From Stegostoma tigrinum (taxonomy: Eukaryota), in NCBI RefSeq assembly GCF_030684315.1, contig NC_081380.1:34808705-34872704 (forward strand): 64,000 nt of DNA, written 5' to 3'. Under the pieces are notes generated by a model. It was given only the letters and a program-made list of their open reading frames with translations. It searched no databases and had not been told where the DNA came from. Position numbers and translations under genes: made by a program. This document shows, piece by piece, positions 38,819-54,484 of the stretch (positions within the stretch are counted from its first letter, which is position 1; each line of letters starts with the position of its first letter).

Positions 38819-39676
38819 ACCTCCTGGCAGTGGTGGGCTGCCTTGCAACTAAGACTTTATTGTTTGTTATCTTGTAATAAAATGTGGCAAGCTGTTCCTG
38901 TTACATTGCTAAATGTAAAACCTTCTCCAGGTGTTTTGGTTATCTCCATTTTAAAAGGAATAAACATGCTCCTGCTATGTTTCCCCTTTTAGGTGTTTTG
39001 CAACTGACTTAAATCAAGTGATATTTTTCCCCCCCCCCTTTTTTCCTTTAGCTGGTCAATCAGCCAGCAGCTTGACTTTTAACCCCCTCACACCTTTATA
39101 AGTTGGTTATGTCGGGCTGACAAATTGGTTGCTGCATTTCCTCGAGTGTGAATGCCTTGAGACTAACCGCTCCTTAAGTCACGAACGGGGTATTCCAGTA
39201 CCGAATGTGCTTATTTGCTGGATATTTTTAATGATTGCCATTGTCCTGCAATGGATAGATGCATCCTTTGAACTCTAATCTGCTTTTAAGCACCAGGGCT
39301 TGGAAAAAATGTTAACTACAAAGTCAAATTTTAATGCAAATCATACTAAGATATTTCTGTTCAGGACATTTTGTTAAATTTGGAATGACTGTAAGCTCGC
39401 CTTGCAAGTTCTATCCAAGCTGTCAAAAATGCATTTTCTGATAGACTTGCCATCCTTGGGTCACTGAATTTAAACAAATCCCCACTGTGCCCTGGACAGC
39501 TTTGTTACAAATGGAAAGAAGCATGTTTGATTCCACAGTAGTTGAGTTTCCAGGTAGTAACATTTCTAGCTTCTTGTTCTTCCTAGCTTACTATCCAGTG
39601 TAAGGCTCTTGTGTTTGGCATGCTGTAGGAAAATTTTATGCTTTGAATAAAATGCTCCTTGTCTGTATATCCCCAG

Positions 39677-40010
39677 GTACACCTCCTCTGTGAAGTATGA
39701 TTCAGACCGACACTATGTCAATAATATACTCCTGCAGCACACACTGGGTGTTGACTCCTGCAGCCAGACAGTCATCTGCGTTCCCAATTGCACATGGCGG
39801 AACTACAAGACGGAGCTGAGATTTGAGCCGCAACACAAACCGTGGAGGTTCCGCAGCACTATCATTGTGTACCCAAAGTATGCAAAGACAGTCTATACTA
39901 CCACTGTGGATTACAACTGCAGAAAAGCAGCACGGAAATTCTTGTCCAGTGTGGAACTTGAAGCTACAGATTACAATGGCAGTGAAATGGTGTTCCAGGA
40001 TAGCCAGTGA
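39677..40010 (+). CDS. RFLNB: Refilin-B coding exon 3 (filamin-binding region) to stop
   Basis: ccccag|G TAC ACC; YTSSVKYDSDRHY...CSQTVICVPNCTWRNYKTELRFEP...STIIVYPKY...DYNCRK...FLSSVELE. Spliced protein is 219 aa. Confidence 0.95.
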
Positions 40011-43000
40011 CTTATCTACGGCCTGCTTTTTCTTTCTTTTTGAAAGAGGATTTTTAAAAAATCCAATCTTTCGACTGTCTGAGAGCTTCTTAACTATGGT
40101 GGTCTCTGAATCTGTTCAATACTGCCTTTCTTTTGCTCCTTGCAACATAGTCTACATTGTGTTTCTTTTTTTTAATCACAATAAAGTTTAGGAATTTCCT
40201 CTGAGATTTTATTGCCATTAATATGTGTAATACAGGAATAGATTAAGGAAGCAAAGCACAACGAACTAGTTGTGATATTAATTATTCTAACATGCGTGGT
40301 CTGGAGATGGGTGTTGAGGTGCAATGTCTCAGCTGTTGCCCACTTACTGGGAGCATGTTTGTCTCTGGCAGAATGGGCGCATGGTTCCTGAGGCTGTTGG
40401 GAGGGAGTCAAGCTTGGCTGCGCCTGGCCATGAGCAGCCTATGCAGAGACTGCAGGTGCTGAGGGCTTTGCTTTCAGTTTGGGTATGACACTGGGTTGCA
40501 GGCAAAATACTCCATGTGACTGAGGAAATCTCACTGAATGCATCAATTTGTTCTAATTGTTACATAGAAATATTTCCTGTGCATTTGAAATGTGTAAATG
40601 GTGAAATTCTGTATTTGAAACATGGATTAATTCATTTGAAGTACAATTAGCAGTGTAAGATTTGGAATAGGTATGCCTGAGATTTATTGAAATGAATTTT
40701 CCCTCCACTGTGATAAATTGAATAATTGAGGTTGGGTTCCAATGTGGGACCTTTTAAATCTTTCCCTAGTTTGTACCGTTGAGTAAGAGCTTGTACATGT
40801 GACCTACACACATAACCACATTTTTGTGAAAATATTACTGTGGGCCTCAGCTCTGAATGAAGAACAATTCCTCTATGGCCCAACTGAAATTAAAGGTAAT
40901 GGGACTTTGTTTCGAAACATACTTGTTGCCTGGTAAATGGTAACATAATTGCTTATCTTGAAAACAGTTTCATTTTATCTTTACTATGGTGGGGTGGGTG
41001 TGGTAAAGGGTTGCTATTATCTATTGTTTCTTAGGAAACATTACCAGATGGTTCGAGAGCCACTTCAGTTGCTTTCATCAAAACCAGTTCTTAATAGGTG
41101 TGAAACTACATGGCTGTTGTATGACTAAAGGAGATATTCTCCTGATTATAGACAAACCAGATGGATGCAGATGAGGAGAGCAAGCTCTCTCCCTGCAAGA
41201 CATCTGCTTGCTCCTTGAATGAGTCTTGCTTACACTGGACCATTACTGACCTGCACCATTCATTTGAGCACTGTCTTGTGAACAACTTTCTGACCTGCTA
41301 GAATTTACCTTTCACTGACATCAAGCATGTTTTCCTATCGTTGTGGTTTATTCTCATTTTGAGTAAAAAGGAATCAAATTATGTTAAAGCAGCCAATTTA
41401 CTTTGCAAAACTGAACATGATGAAATCTCTGAAGAGAAATAGCTTGGGTGGTTGATCATCAGTTGCTGATCATTGAAGCTATCCAATCCAATTAGATCTG
41501 ATTCCATTTTTTTTAAAAAAAACAATCAACACATCAGTGCTGGTGAAATGAGTGACAGATTATAAAAGGTTGCATGAATACAAAGGACTGTTCCTTTAAG
41601 ACACTTTGGATATTAGCATTGAGGGAACATCACGTTCTTTCACAGGTTCTTTCAACTAAAGTTGGAGGATAGGGTATTTGGCATATTTCACAGCCAGTTT
41701 TTGTTTAGGGAAGTGGGGTAAGAAGGGAAAACTGGGGAGGGTTCAGCCACTATAAAACTGCGCAAGCACTTGTAATATTTAGAAGGGTACTAATGAGAGT
41801 GCTTCCTTTTTTCTTGAGGGGTTAAAAATACCAAAGATGGAAGATTTCTCTAACACACTTGTTTAGAATGTGGTTCAACAAGTGTTTGCACAAATACCCT
41901 GGGTTAGTCCAAGCAGTTTTAAGAAACAATCTGTAGAGGTCTTGCTTTTTTTAAATACATAGCTGGCTCAATAAATGTGGAATATTTTAATATATCGGCA
42001 TTTGTGTGATTATTAAGGTTACGATGTTAAGATTGCCAGACACCACTGACCTTTGTTTTAAAAGGTAACTTTTCCAGGCCTCTGTATGGAGTTGAACGTG
42101 ACACTGCTTTTGAGCTGGCACTGAAAAGGTCAATTTAACCCAATTGAACAGTTAGAAAGATGAACAGCGTCTGACGAACTGTAATCATTTCAAGTTTGCA
42201 CACGTACTTGACAAATGTGTTGCATTCTGAATACCTGACACCTGACTCGGCTTTGCGGCAGTGATTTAAGTGGGTGGGGGAAGACCTGATTCTGGCATCT
42301 TCGCGAAATGTGACACTTGTCCTGAAATAGTTCAGATAATCCGTGAAATAGATCAGCTCTGCTGATGCATGTTTGGTAATTGAAATGGACTAGCCACGCT
42401 AACCCAGATTTAAGAGGGCGTGGTCATTTAACACTGAATTCAGTAGTCTGCTCCACATGTCGAGTTCTAAATAGATATTATTTTTATTTAAAAACTTCAG
42501 ATAAACCCAGCATTAGAACTGGAAATGTTTGATTTTAATTGGACTTTGGACCAGTAGAAATATGTACAACTTCCAAACCAGCATGACGTAGAGCTTTGGA
42601 CTCAAATTTACACTGAAATTTTGGAAGTAACATTTCCTAAACCTACTGCATCCACTTTAATTTTTAAAAGTCATTATTAGAATGAAATCCCAAATATGTG
42701 GGTTATAATGTGTTGAGCAACAGAAATAACATTTTACAATCTATATCCAATGACTGTGTGCCACTTTTCTAAACTTTTGTAGCTGGACCAGTTGCAAAGT
42801 GAGAACCCACAAAAACGTTTCAATTCCATTTTTGTTTTGGCCAACACTCCTTAATGCACATCAAGGCTTAATTTCCTTTGCCCAACTCAACCCTCTTGAT
42901 TTGTAAATATTTGAGTTTACAATCGTTTTATATTTGGCAGTTTTATGCCATTGGCTCTCTGGAATTGACTTCCCTTTTCATCAGTCTTCAGATTGTGGCT

Positions 43001-44420
43001 CTGAACCCATGTTGAGGATGTGATTTTGCAACTTCTGCAAAACTTCATTTTAATTTGTTCATAAATATGTTTTTTTTGGCAGATTTTTGATAGAGGTTTA
43101 CTGGGATGGTTATTTTGAATGTGGTAGATGAGGAAAGGATGAGTGGACATAGTCTTAGGATTCTGAGCAAGATAGGTGGGTGGAATAAACTGTTTATGCC
43201 ATGATTGTGAATGACCTGTGGTTTGTGCTGATGACAGGTGGTAGAAGGGTCAGTGCTTGAGGGGAAATAACCCTGCAAAGCTACTGAGGTACAGTAGGGT
43301 AACAGGACTAGTTGGATTGCTCTAGAGGGCCAGAATGGACTTGTTGGGCCAAATGGCTCCCTGTGCTGACTTGACTCTGACATCTTTGGCAGGTGGGACA
43401 TGTTGCAATGTTACTCCAAGTAATCAATTGTTTTCTGCCATGTTTTACATTTGGCCAAAAGTACATTTCTACCCAAAGATACATATGTCTAGTATCAGAC
43501 TACCCTTTTTTTAAATTGAAATATATTGCATGATCTTTAGTAGCCCAGATTTGGCAGAAAATGGGTCTAAGATTGCTTCAATGTGCAGATTTAAGCAGAG
43601 GAAGAACATTAAAATGAGAACTTGATTTTGGCTCAGTAATTGCAATAAACTACACTTTTCTAACAGATGAAACTGTTGTAATAGTCATGCAAGTTCTTTC
43701 TCTGCACAACCCAATGTGACGCACTTTATAGGTGGAGTTTTGAAAGTGTGCTACACACCCTCTCTATAAACATTAAATGGATAGTTATAGAATGGCTTCA
43801 TTGTATTGCAGTTTGGATTAAAGTGCAAATTCTGTGAAAGCCGTGTGCCAGGAATAGCATTCCAGAGCATGAGGAATTCAGAGAGGCTGAGAGATTTGGT
43901 AATAAAGTTTTTTGCATTCTTTTATTCCATTCTCAATTTTTCTTGATCCTAAAGGTTAAAAAATTGACTGACTGTAGCTAAAACACAATAATCCCTTTTC
44001 ATTGAATATGATTAGAGCTGATGATTGGGAGGTGTTTTTCCTGCTACAGAACTGTTCAGTTATCTGTCACTTGTTTACTCTTGTATGATATCAGAACATT
44101 GTTTAACCTGACACGGATCTATTTTGATAAGTTCCTTTTTTTTAAAGAAAAAAAAATTTGTATTGTTGAACTTGGATTTGAAAAGGGTGTGAATAACAAA
44201 TTAAAAACAAAATGGCTCATACCATAAATGTTTGTATTAATGTGCTGATTATTTTATATTTTGTATTTAATTGCCCTCTATTTACTGAAATTATGTCTTT
44301 TGGGGTAGTGTAGCACCATAATATGGTTTGGTGTGGGTGTGAATCTGCAAAGCTGTACAAACTATTCCAGATCTTGGCTGTGTCATCAGAATTTAATAAA
44401 GCATACAAGAAGTTAAATTG
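40011..44420 (+). other. RFLNB: Probable RFLNB 3' UTR with candidate poly(A) signals at 43901 and 44395
   Basis: AT-rich and largely TE-free except a short CR1 tail at ~43.3 kb; AATAAA hexamers present. End point is inferred. Confidence 0.45.
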
Positions 44421-44624
44421 GGCATAAAATTAGTTTGAGACCACCCGTGTTCCTACCAAGAGCTAGCCAATACTGTTGCTTGGCTAGAGGATGACGAAAT
44501 AATGGAGTAAATAAATGGAAATTTTATAACTGAGGAGTTGAGCACATGATGCTGGCAGTTGGGCATTATTTAAAAAAAACATACAGCTGTCACTCAAGCT
44601 CTGCTTTTTACAGCTAGCCATGCC

Positions 44625-45055
44625 ATAAGACCATAAGAAATAGGAACATGAGGAGGCTGTTTGGCCCTGAACCTACTCCATCATTCATTAGGATAATGGC
44701 TGATCTGATCTTCCTGCTTTTTTCCCCAAACCTTTGTTTTCCTGTCCTGATCAAGGATTTACCTAACTCAGCCTTAAATTTACGCAAGCTCCCTGTGACG
44801 CTCAACCTCCTGACAGAAGAAATTCCTTCTTCTCTGTCTTAGATTTGCACACCCCCATCTTTCCCCCGACTATGCCCTCTCATCCTCGGCTTTCCTGTGA
44901 GAGGAAACATCATCTCGGCATTTACTCAAACATCTTAAGAATCCTATACATTTCAATAAGATCACCTCATTCTTCTTAATCTCCAGAGAATACAATCCTG
45001 TCCTTTTTGTAGTCTTTGTTCATAAGACAATTCACCAAGCTGGGAATCATCCTGG
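44625..45055 (-). mobile_element. CR1 LINE 3' fragment
   Basis: Antisense tail cataagaccataagaaataggaac, matching the tail of the 1-1117 element. Confidence 0.75.
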
Positions 45056-47149
45056 TGTAAAATTATGGGAGCTCCTGCAATTTTACAGCAGGAAATCTGG
45101 ACCTCAATCTAACATTTGGGTCCTGCAAAGAACACTTGCAACAGTCCAGCTTTCTCTCAGTACTGTAGTGAAATTCAACCTCAGCTAGGTACTTAAATCT
45201 GTAATGGGGCTTGAATCCACACGTCCTTCTGATTCAGAGGTAACAATACCCATATGAGCCACAAGCAATAAACTATGGACCCTTTGATTAAAAGTCTGAT
45301 GGTCTGGTAAATGAGCTACCCAGACTCCCAATGATGTCAGTGCAGCTTTTTCAGCCCTTGCACTTAAACAGTTGCTGCATTAGTACCTCCATTGAAATTA
45401 CAACACCACAACAAAACTTTGGACCAAGCCAGATTAATTTACTGCAAACCTTTAACAACAATAAAGAAAGCCAGACACAACTTCTAGGAAAAAATAATTT
45501 TAATAATTCAACATGTATTTATCTAAAGCATTGAATACAACAAACTGTTGAAAAAAATTCTTGAGGAATACTTAAGTTCTAAAGCAGTCAGACCACGTGT
45601 GGGTTTTTTTTGTAAATGTATCAAATTCAGAAGATGGATTTTAAACTTGAATTCTATTATAGTAAAGGTTTATTTTTTAAATCAATGAATTTGTGCCATC
45701 TTCATACCCTTCGGAGTCTTTTTTTTAACCCATAAATGGTTTAAAAAAAATTAAATGTAACACGTATATGCTTAAAGATTGTATAAAGTTCTTTCTGTGA
45801 GGGAGAAATTTTACACTTATGGTTACCAGTTGGAGTCCAGGTGCTGGTTAGTAACTCCACTTGTCACCAGTGGAGTGACCTTCCACTCATTGTTTGCCAG
45901 ACTACAGAGTCTTACTGTTGCCCATCTCTGAACTAATGTGGGACCACATTTATATTGACTGACTATAAATTTATAGAGGATAGAAACTAACCTGTGCTGG
46001 GGTCTGTGATTAAAGGTCCTACAAAACTGATGAATGTATGAATAATGAGTGAGTGACTGGTAAAAAGACCTCAGATCTGTTGATAGCAATACCTCGTACT
46101 GTACATCCCTACATCTATACAAATTCACATCCCACTTAAAGTGTAACATCCTGATGAAACAAAAAGCAATATTTAAGAAATGGGCCGTTTTTGGTGGGGC
46201 TGGGGAGCAGAAAAATGCCTGAATAACTCAACTAGTCTCTGCTGCAATCAGAGGTTGTATGGTTCTCATTTTGATGGAACTCGACCAGTTAGCATGCACT
46301 GCGTGAGATCAGAACTTGTCCCACAGATTCACTGTTCTCTGGGAAAAGAATTTCCTGAGACTCAACCTAAATGCAATCTAAGGCAATCCTAATCCTTTCT
46401 ACCCCATTTAGCAGGACCAAATTATGATCTAGAACACCATTAATTTCTTCCATTTATTTTTCAAATTTCAAATTAATTCATGACCATAAATTTTACAGTC
46501 CTAACTCTCTCAGCCTTCCTTAATAACTAAGATGCTTTATAACAGGGCTTCCCTCAGTGAGAATTGGGACTCCTACTGGGGTAGTGAAGCATTCTCTCTT
46601 CCTCATTACTCATGACAAATTTCAATCCTGAAATGGGGTCACAGGGAAAATATTTGGGAAGTTCTGCTTTGTACTGTGAATGAGACCAGTTGGCATCACT
46701 GGCACTTTTCCCAAAGCTTTGGTATTCTCTCTTGGTCAAGAACAGAATTAAAATTGTTTAAACTGTAGTTGAAATATAGGTTACGCTTTAGAATCATTCA
46801 CAGTACATTGGAGCACACAGTGCTATCAGTTGAGGTAATCCATGCTTTTGCTCTTTGCCCTGGATTGCCTATGATTTGGTTTCACGTTAATGTGATTATT
46901 GGTGTCTTCTGTTTAATTGAGGCAGTGTATGCATGTTATACTCTGCTCAATAGGGCCACTCATTCTCTTCTTGTTTTTTGATTGTGTCTCTACTCTGCAC
47001 TTAATCCATGGCGATCTGTAATGTAACTTGCTTCTGGGTTTCTGCCAATGCATCTTGGAAGCTGGTTATTAGTGGGTGTGCAAGAGAATCTAAAGAGAAT
47101 TAAACAGAAGCAAGTAAAATGAAATAACTTACTAGCTACATAAAAAAGG

Positions 47150-47850
47150 TAGTTATTACTCATCTCATTTGAATCAAGGTGATTGCTGATCCAGTGTTTC
47201 ATTGCGGTTAGCTACCACTGACTCTCTGGCTTGCTAGCCTGCTCAAGCATCCAATGACACTACAACATTTGTTGAGAAACCCTTTTTTATTGGCGGTAAA
47301 ATGTTCAAAAGTGATTGTCACAGACCAGCTAAGACTTAAAGATGATCCTAAAGGACGGAAAAGTGAAGAGACAGAAAATTACCAGAATTTAAGACAGCTG
47401 AAGATACTATGGTTAATGGTGTGGCAAATAGAATTGCAGTGCACAGGAGACCAGAGTTACAGGAATGCAAAATCATGGATGGTAGTATGTCTTGGGGAAG
47501 GTTATAGAGAAAGGGAGATAAAAATCCACTGAAGGATTTGAGCATAATGCAAATCGCAGACAATGCAGACTTACATGTATTAGGATGACGGCAAAGCAGG
47601 ATTTGGTGAGGCTTGGAATTCAAGCAACAGAGACTTGGATCATCTCAAGTTTATGCAGGGAGGAAGATAAAAAGCCAGCTATGAAAGTATTATAATAATT
47701 GAATCTGGAAGTAATAAAATAAAGGTTTCAGTAACTGTTTAATTGAAACTCAGAGAAAGGCAATATTATGGAGGTGGAGTAGGTGATCTTGATGATGGAG
47801 TGGAAAAGATGTTGGACGCTTAACAGGACAGCACGTTGAGCATAGTAGCT
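47150..47850 (-). mobile_element. L2-clade LINE 3' fragment, old
   Basis: Antisense similarity to the 60500-61020 L2 fragment (KSFSG...LYNLPQ). Confidence 0.5.
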
Positions 47851-49661
47851 CTATCTAGATATAATGTCTCATGAATACAAATAATGTCCTTTCATGTGCT
47901 CTTTGAAGGCTGGTATACTTTGGTCCTGAGAAGCATGGTTTGCTTTCTTTTGTCACAAGGAGTGACATCCATGATTGCACAGGCAGAAAATTGGATCGCT
48001 TAATGTAAAATTTTTCGATTAGATAAATGGCTTGAAAGTTGTATTTTAAAATGTAGTCCACTGCATCCCTTTGAATCAATGACAGCTCTGTGTGTGAGCA
48101 ACATAGCACAGAACCTGTGATAATCCATACCAACTGAACAGTGAACTGACTTATCAAATCCTTGACTAAATGCACCATGGGGCAAATTTAAAATCAGGAA
48201 CGCTGGTATGTAGAATAATTTAGAAAAAATATTTGAGGCTGACAGCAATTTCTTGTAAAGGTATTTTGAAAGCATTTGCGTAATCAAAAATGTGAATATA
48301 CAATTTTAAACGTGTTAAATTTAAATGTACAAATATAGCAAAATTGGTTTTGACAATTGATTTTAGTATACTTTGGTATAATATATTTTTGATGTAAATA
48401 ATTTTACTTAAGCATTTTTACAACTAAAAGCAGTGTCAATTTTCTATCTCAAAACTCTGCAGCCTATCATATATGTTGGAAGTATAGAAAATATTTTGAA
48501 GCTGGATATTTAACATAGATAAACCTGAGGCTGAACCTAAAAGTCAGATGTACAATCAGGCAAGATCTTCATGGACTGAACAATTCCTGCTGAAAGTGCA
48601 GACATATTTGCCTCACTGAAACAAAACTATGCAATAATTTGTGCTCAAAACTAACCATGGCTTTTTAAAATAGCTCTGTTTTACAATCCGTTCTTTAAAT
48701 CACTGGTAGCCAAAATGAGGTTTTTGATGCACTAATCATGCTGACAGTTAGTGCAACATTACAAATTCTCCCTTTGCATCTTTGAGTACATATCAGTGAC
48801 TTGTGAATTTATCAATTTTTAAAATTTCATTATGTATATTAATACAACTGGTCACAATTTCATCAACTTAAATAAATAACACATCATCTCAGCATATGGT
48901 TAGTGACCCAGTTCAGAGTACTGCCAACATGAAACCTGGAATGGCTATTCAAAGATGTGTGGGAGAAGCCAGAACTGGCTCAACAGTAATTTCTCACCTC
49001 TAAGGCTGCTCACTCCATTCAAGAGAGATTGCAGGAGTGGAACAGTGTGTTACTAATCACTGTACCTTGCTTGAAAATCAAAATAGCAGCATCTTATCAG
49101 AACAACAAACCTCATAATGAAAAAAAATGACACTTTGGTCTTCTAGGTTATAACTTACACAGGCAGAATTTGTTCAAACACCTAAACAAGCAATTTGAAT
49201 GAGGGAAGAAACCATTAGTCTGAGCAGTTGTAGGTTTAAATGCCTACTGATTTTACCTAATAATAACTGGAATCCAATTAGCCCATTAAGATGCAACGAT
49301 TTTGGCTATTTCCCCCCTGAAAAAAGGAAACACAAATTGGATTCAAAACCCTAATTTCTTCACTGAGCTCAAAATGTGTTGTCTTTACAGAATTCTGCAG
49401 TGCTTAAACAGATAGACAATGTTCACTTAATAATTTCTGTCAATATTCTGACTCCAAACTGAAGAGGTTTGAGATGCAACAGCCTTCCTTTGTCCTAGTT
49501 GTTCAGTCTAAGATCTTCTGTCAAAACATTTGAGAAACCATATAAAAAAGGGAATTTAAACCACTTTCATATCTGTATCCAGAGCTTTATAACTGCAAGT
49601 AACATTGTGCTTACAGGAGTATGAACTGGGACTCTGGCTCGGGCAAAAATGTAATTTGGCT

Positions 49662-50650
<989 letters not shown>

Positions 50651-50839
50651 TTTTTGTTATGTTTTAGACAGTTTATTGGAAGCATATTGCAGCAACTCAG
50701 ACTGCCGTGACATGGAACTACTAATGGTTGTTCGGGTTTGAAGATTCGTTATCATTGAAAGAATTATAATTTTTTTTGCAATATCACTATCCCTTTACTT
50801 AACTGTCTCAGGCAGAGAGAGACACTGTCCAGTCTTGTC

Positions 50840-51380
50840 ACAGCTGTACAGTCACTTTTGAAATATTGTGTACAATTCTGGTCTCCCTACTATAGGAAGG
50901 ATGTTGTGAAACTCGAAAGGATTCCAAAAAGATTTACAAAGATGTTGCCAAGGTTGGAGGGTTTGAGCTACGGGGATAGGCTGGGGTATTTTCCCTGGAG
51001 TATCTGGGGCTGAGAGGTGATGTTATTGAGGTTTATAACGTCATGAAGGGCATGGATAAGGTAAATAGGCAAGGTCTTTTTCCCAAAGAGGGGGGAGTCC
51101 AAAATTAGAGGGCATAGGTTTAAGGTGAGGGGGCAAGATATAAAATGGACCAAAGGAGCAACTTTTTTTATGCAGAGGAGGTCCATGAAAGAAATGAGCT
51201 GCCAGGGGAAGTGGTGGAAGCTGGTATGATTACAACATTTAAAAGGCAACTGAATAGGTATATGAAATACAAATGGTTTAGAGGGATGTAGGCCTAGATT
51301 TGTGCAGGATATCTGCTTGTCATGGACAAGTTGGACCGAAGGGTCTGTTTCTGTGCTGTACGTCTCTTATAACTCTATGA
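50840..51380 (+). mobile_element. CR1 (HER1-like) LINE 3' end
   Basis: EYCVQFWSPYYRKDVVKLERI remnant and tail ggaccgaagggtctgtttctgtgctgta. Confidence 0.85.
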
Positions 51381-52064
51381 TGGTGATATAGAGTATGATG
51401 ACTGCTGAATATTTTGTATTTGCTGTACTTAGCTTTTGCTCAGCGAACCATTGTAACACACACATCACACTGAGATCAGAAAGAAGTGCAGAATCACTAG
51501 ATGAGTTTGCAACTTTCTGTCATTTATCTCATTAGTCACAATCGCCTCCTTGATTTCTTTCCAGATTATAAAATATCTTTTCCATATCCTGATAGGAATG
51601 GAAATAAAAAATCTGCTTAGGGTGTCTGCTAATGCTACTCTGAATTATTTAAAAGTATTGAAGAATGGTGATTTGAACTCCCTTTTGAAAAAAATGATAA
51701 GGCCACCAGATTTCTCTAGTTATATTGTGCATAAACTGACATAAAAAATTGCAGGCGTGACTACTATAAAGTTGCACTCTGCACTCATAATATAATAAAA
51801 CAGCTAATTTGTAATGATAATAAAACATAATTCTATTTGGAGAAAGTCAGCAGTTGAAATTCAGTCTGGTGATTCAGCAACCATTTACGAAACATTTTAG
51901 CATGCAGTGCCACATGAACCCTGTGATTCTGTAAATATTCTACATCATTCCCAGGCACCTATTTATTCCGTAACTTAGTAAGGGGAGCATTCGCATCAGG
52001 ATTAAGCAATAATATTCCAGGTATGCAAACTCATGCTTGTTCTGTTACAACTTGTAATCACAGG

Positions 52065-52078
52065 ATGCCATCTACTGG
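52065..52078 (-). promoter_or_regulatory. Candidate CTCF site in LIAT1 intron
   Basis: Minus strand CCAGTAGATGGCAT matches the CCASYAGRKGGCR core, in non-repeat sequence. Confidence 0.4.
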
Positions 52079-52629
52079 AATCCATACAATTTGCAATAAA
52101 ATAATCCTACCGTAAGAATTTGGCAGTATTCCTATTATAGTAACGTTCTGCCATGTGGGTGATGCTGTTTTAATTATACAGTTAATGAGAAGCAATTAAG
52201 ACTTGATTATACAGATTGCACGGATTCAGATTAAATCTGAGCTCTGCTGAGCTTTGGGTAGCTTTCTACAGCAAACTTCCAGCTCTGGTCCACGATGGTA
52301 ACTGGGAAACAGTCCAAATACATTTGTATATATTCACTGCCATTTGCTTCATTTCTCCATGGAAAATTATACGATATTAGGGGGAAGGTAAATTACCTTT
52401 AAATTAACAAACTTGGGACTTTTAAAATGATTCTTTTGTCCAGCATCTTGAGGAAGTACGCTTGGAAGTAAACTGGGTTTAGTTAACAATTTGTTTGTTT
52501 GTAAGATGAAAAACAACTCAAATGCCAGAAAAAAATGACAAACTTTACTATGAAGTTGACTTCAGTCAGAAAAATCATATCTTGCAATTGTTAAATATCA
52601 CACTTCCGTGGTTGCGAAAGATGTGAATA

Positions 52630-53030
52630 CTTTTGAGCAAGTACAGAAGAAATTTATCAGATTGCTTCCAGGGATTCACAATTATGTGAATAGACTGCAG
52701 AAACTGAGGTTGTTCTATTAAGAGCAGAGAAAGCAAGGTTTAAAGTAATGAAGGCTTTAGATAATTGAAAAAAGAAAATGTTTGTGATGGTTGAAAGGAT
52801 GACACAACAGAGCATAAATTTAAAGGTGACTGGTAAAAGAAGTAGCAAAGGGGCTAAGCTTTTATATGCAACAAATGGTTAGGATTTGAAATGTTTTGTC
52901 TTATCAGGTGATGGGAACAGATTCAATATCCTAGAAAAGGGAATTGGATAAATTTTTGGTGGAAAAAAAATTTCAAGGAAATAAAGAAAAAGCAGATGAG
53001 TTCTTTAAAAGAGCTGGTGGAGACTTCCTT
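52630..53030 (+). mobile_element. CR1 LINE 3' fragment, old
   Basis: Decayed EQVQKKFIRLLPG...HKFK...WN region. Confidence 0.6.
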
Positions 53031-53039
53031 TAAGGGACA

Positions 53040-53410
53040 AGCACATCATTGACAAGACCAGCATTTGTTGCCCATCCCTAATTCACTCGAACAGAGTTGC
53101 TTGCTAATGCCACTTTTAACAGTAGTTTAGGATCAACCACAATGCTCTGTGTCAGGAGCCAACCACGGCCACACTAGGCAAGAAAGGCAGACTTCCCTCC
53201 CTCTCAGGACATTAGTGAACCGGATGGATTTTTATGACAGTCAGTGATAGTTTTCATGGTCACGATCAACGAGACTAGCTTTCAATTCCAGATTTATTGG
53301 TTGAATTTAAATTCCATCAGCTGCCGTTGCTGGAATTTGAACCTGTATCACCATTAGCCTGGGTTGTTGCATTACTAGATCAGTGACATGAAAACTATGT
53401 CATCGTCTCC
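53040..53410 (-). mobile_element. tRNA-derived SINE with LINE-like tail
   Basis: Antisense copy of the family also seen at ~57665-57880 and ~58060-58595. Confidence 0.65.
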
Positions 53411-54270
53411 TTCTTAAATGAGCAGGCTATATTATGTCATCATTCTGTGATACAGAGGAGTAAAGCATGTCCTCTTATTTTCTTGTGAAGTAAAGTATTA
53501 CACATGCTGCAGATTTGAAATAAAAACAGAAGGTGCAAGAGAAACTCAGCAGGTCTGGCAACATCTATGGAGAAAGCAGCAAAGTTAACATTTTAAGTCC
53601 AATATGATTCTCCTTTGGACTCTTCTGCTTCCAGTGCTTATTATTTAAATTCCTCTTTGTTTCTGTCTAGGTCATTAAAACATTGCTTGGATAAAATAAA
53701 ATGGAGTTAACATTCATATTAGCAAGATATTAAAGCACAACTGGAAACAAAAGCAGATTGGATGGGAGATGAGTCGGTGCAGAATTCAGGCTCTTCACTA
53801 GAAAAGAAGTTTAATGTGTGGGAAGGCAGTACCTGACCTGATGACCAGCTCTGTATCATTTTAAGGCTTAGTGGTCCACTGTTTACTTCTCATTTCAAAC
53901 TTTTACCAAGATTTTCAACTTTCCAATTGTTTCCCCTTTGCTTTAGTCTTCCTACTGAGCTATTCACTTCGTAAAAATATATTTAATTTGGCTGAACACC
54001 AATAGATAATTCCCTTGCCATTTTCCCTGTGTTGTCTTTTTATATCTATAGTTTTTCTCCCTCCAATTCACTTTCTGATGCCAGTATACTTCTTTATTCC
54101 TGAATAAGTGCACGAGTCCAAAATGCTATCTCCTGTCAAAAGGTGCTGACAGACCAGTCACTTTTCTTGCGGCTTTGTATGGTTACTTTTACTAAAGGCA
54201 GTGTATTCCTTGTTTTCCATGTATTTCACAATCTTAGATTTTAATAATCCAAATTTGAAACGTGCCCTAC

Positions 54271-54484
54271 CCAGAACTGTCTCATCTGAAGTCGATGGAG
54301 TACTGGAAGAATTTCTTCTTGTCTTACAGGGTTTCTTCTTTTCCTTATCTCTCTTCTTAATTTTCTTCTTTTCTGCTGATTCAACACTCAGACTTGTGGT
54401 TGACTTAATCCTACATTTGCTGGTAGGTATTTTATCCTCCATTCCGAGATAACGATTGATCTTGCTTAACCTGCAATTTTGCAT
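54271..54484 (-). CDS. LIAT1: LIAT1 first coding exon (lysine-rich tract)
   Basis: ATG at 54484 (in-frame TAG directly upstream; alternative ATG 54442). EKKKIKKRDKEKKKPCK corresponds to the LIAT1 poly-K tract. Donor CTG G|gtaggg gives phase 1, matching the exon at 50104. Confidence 0.7.
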
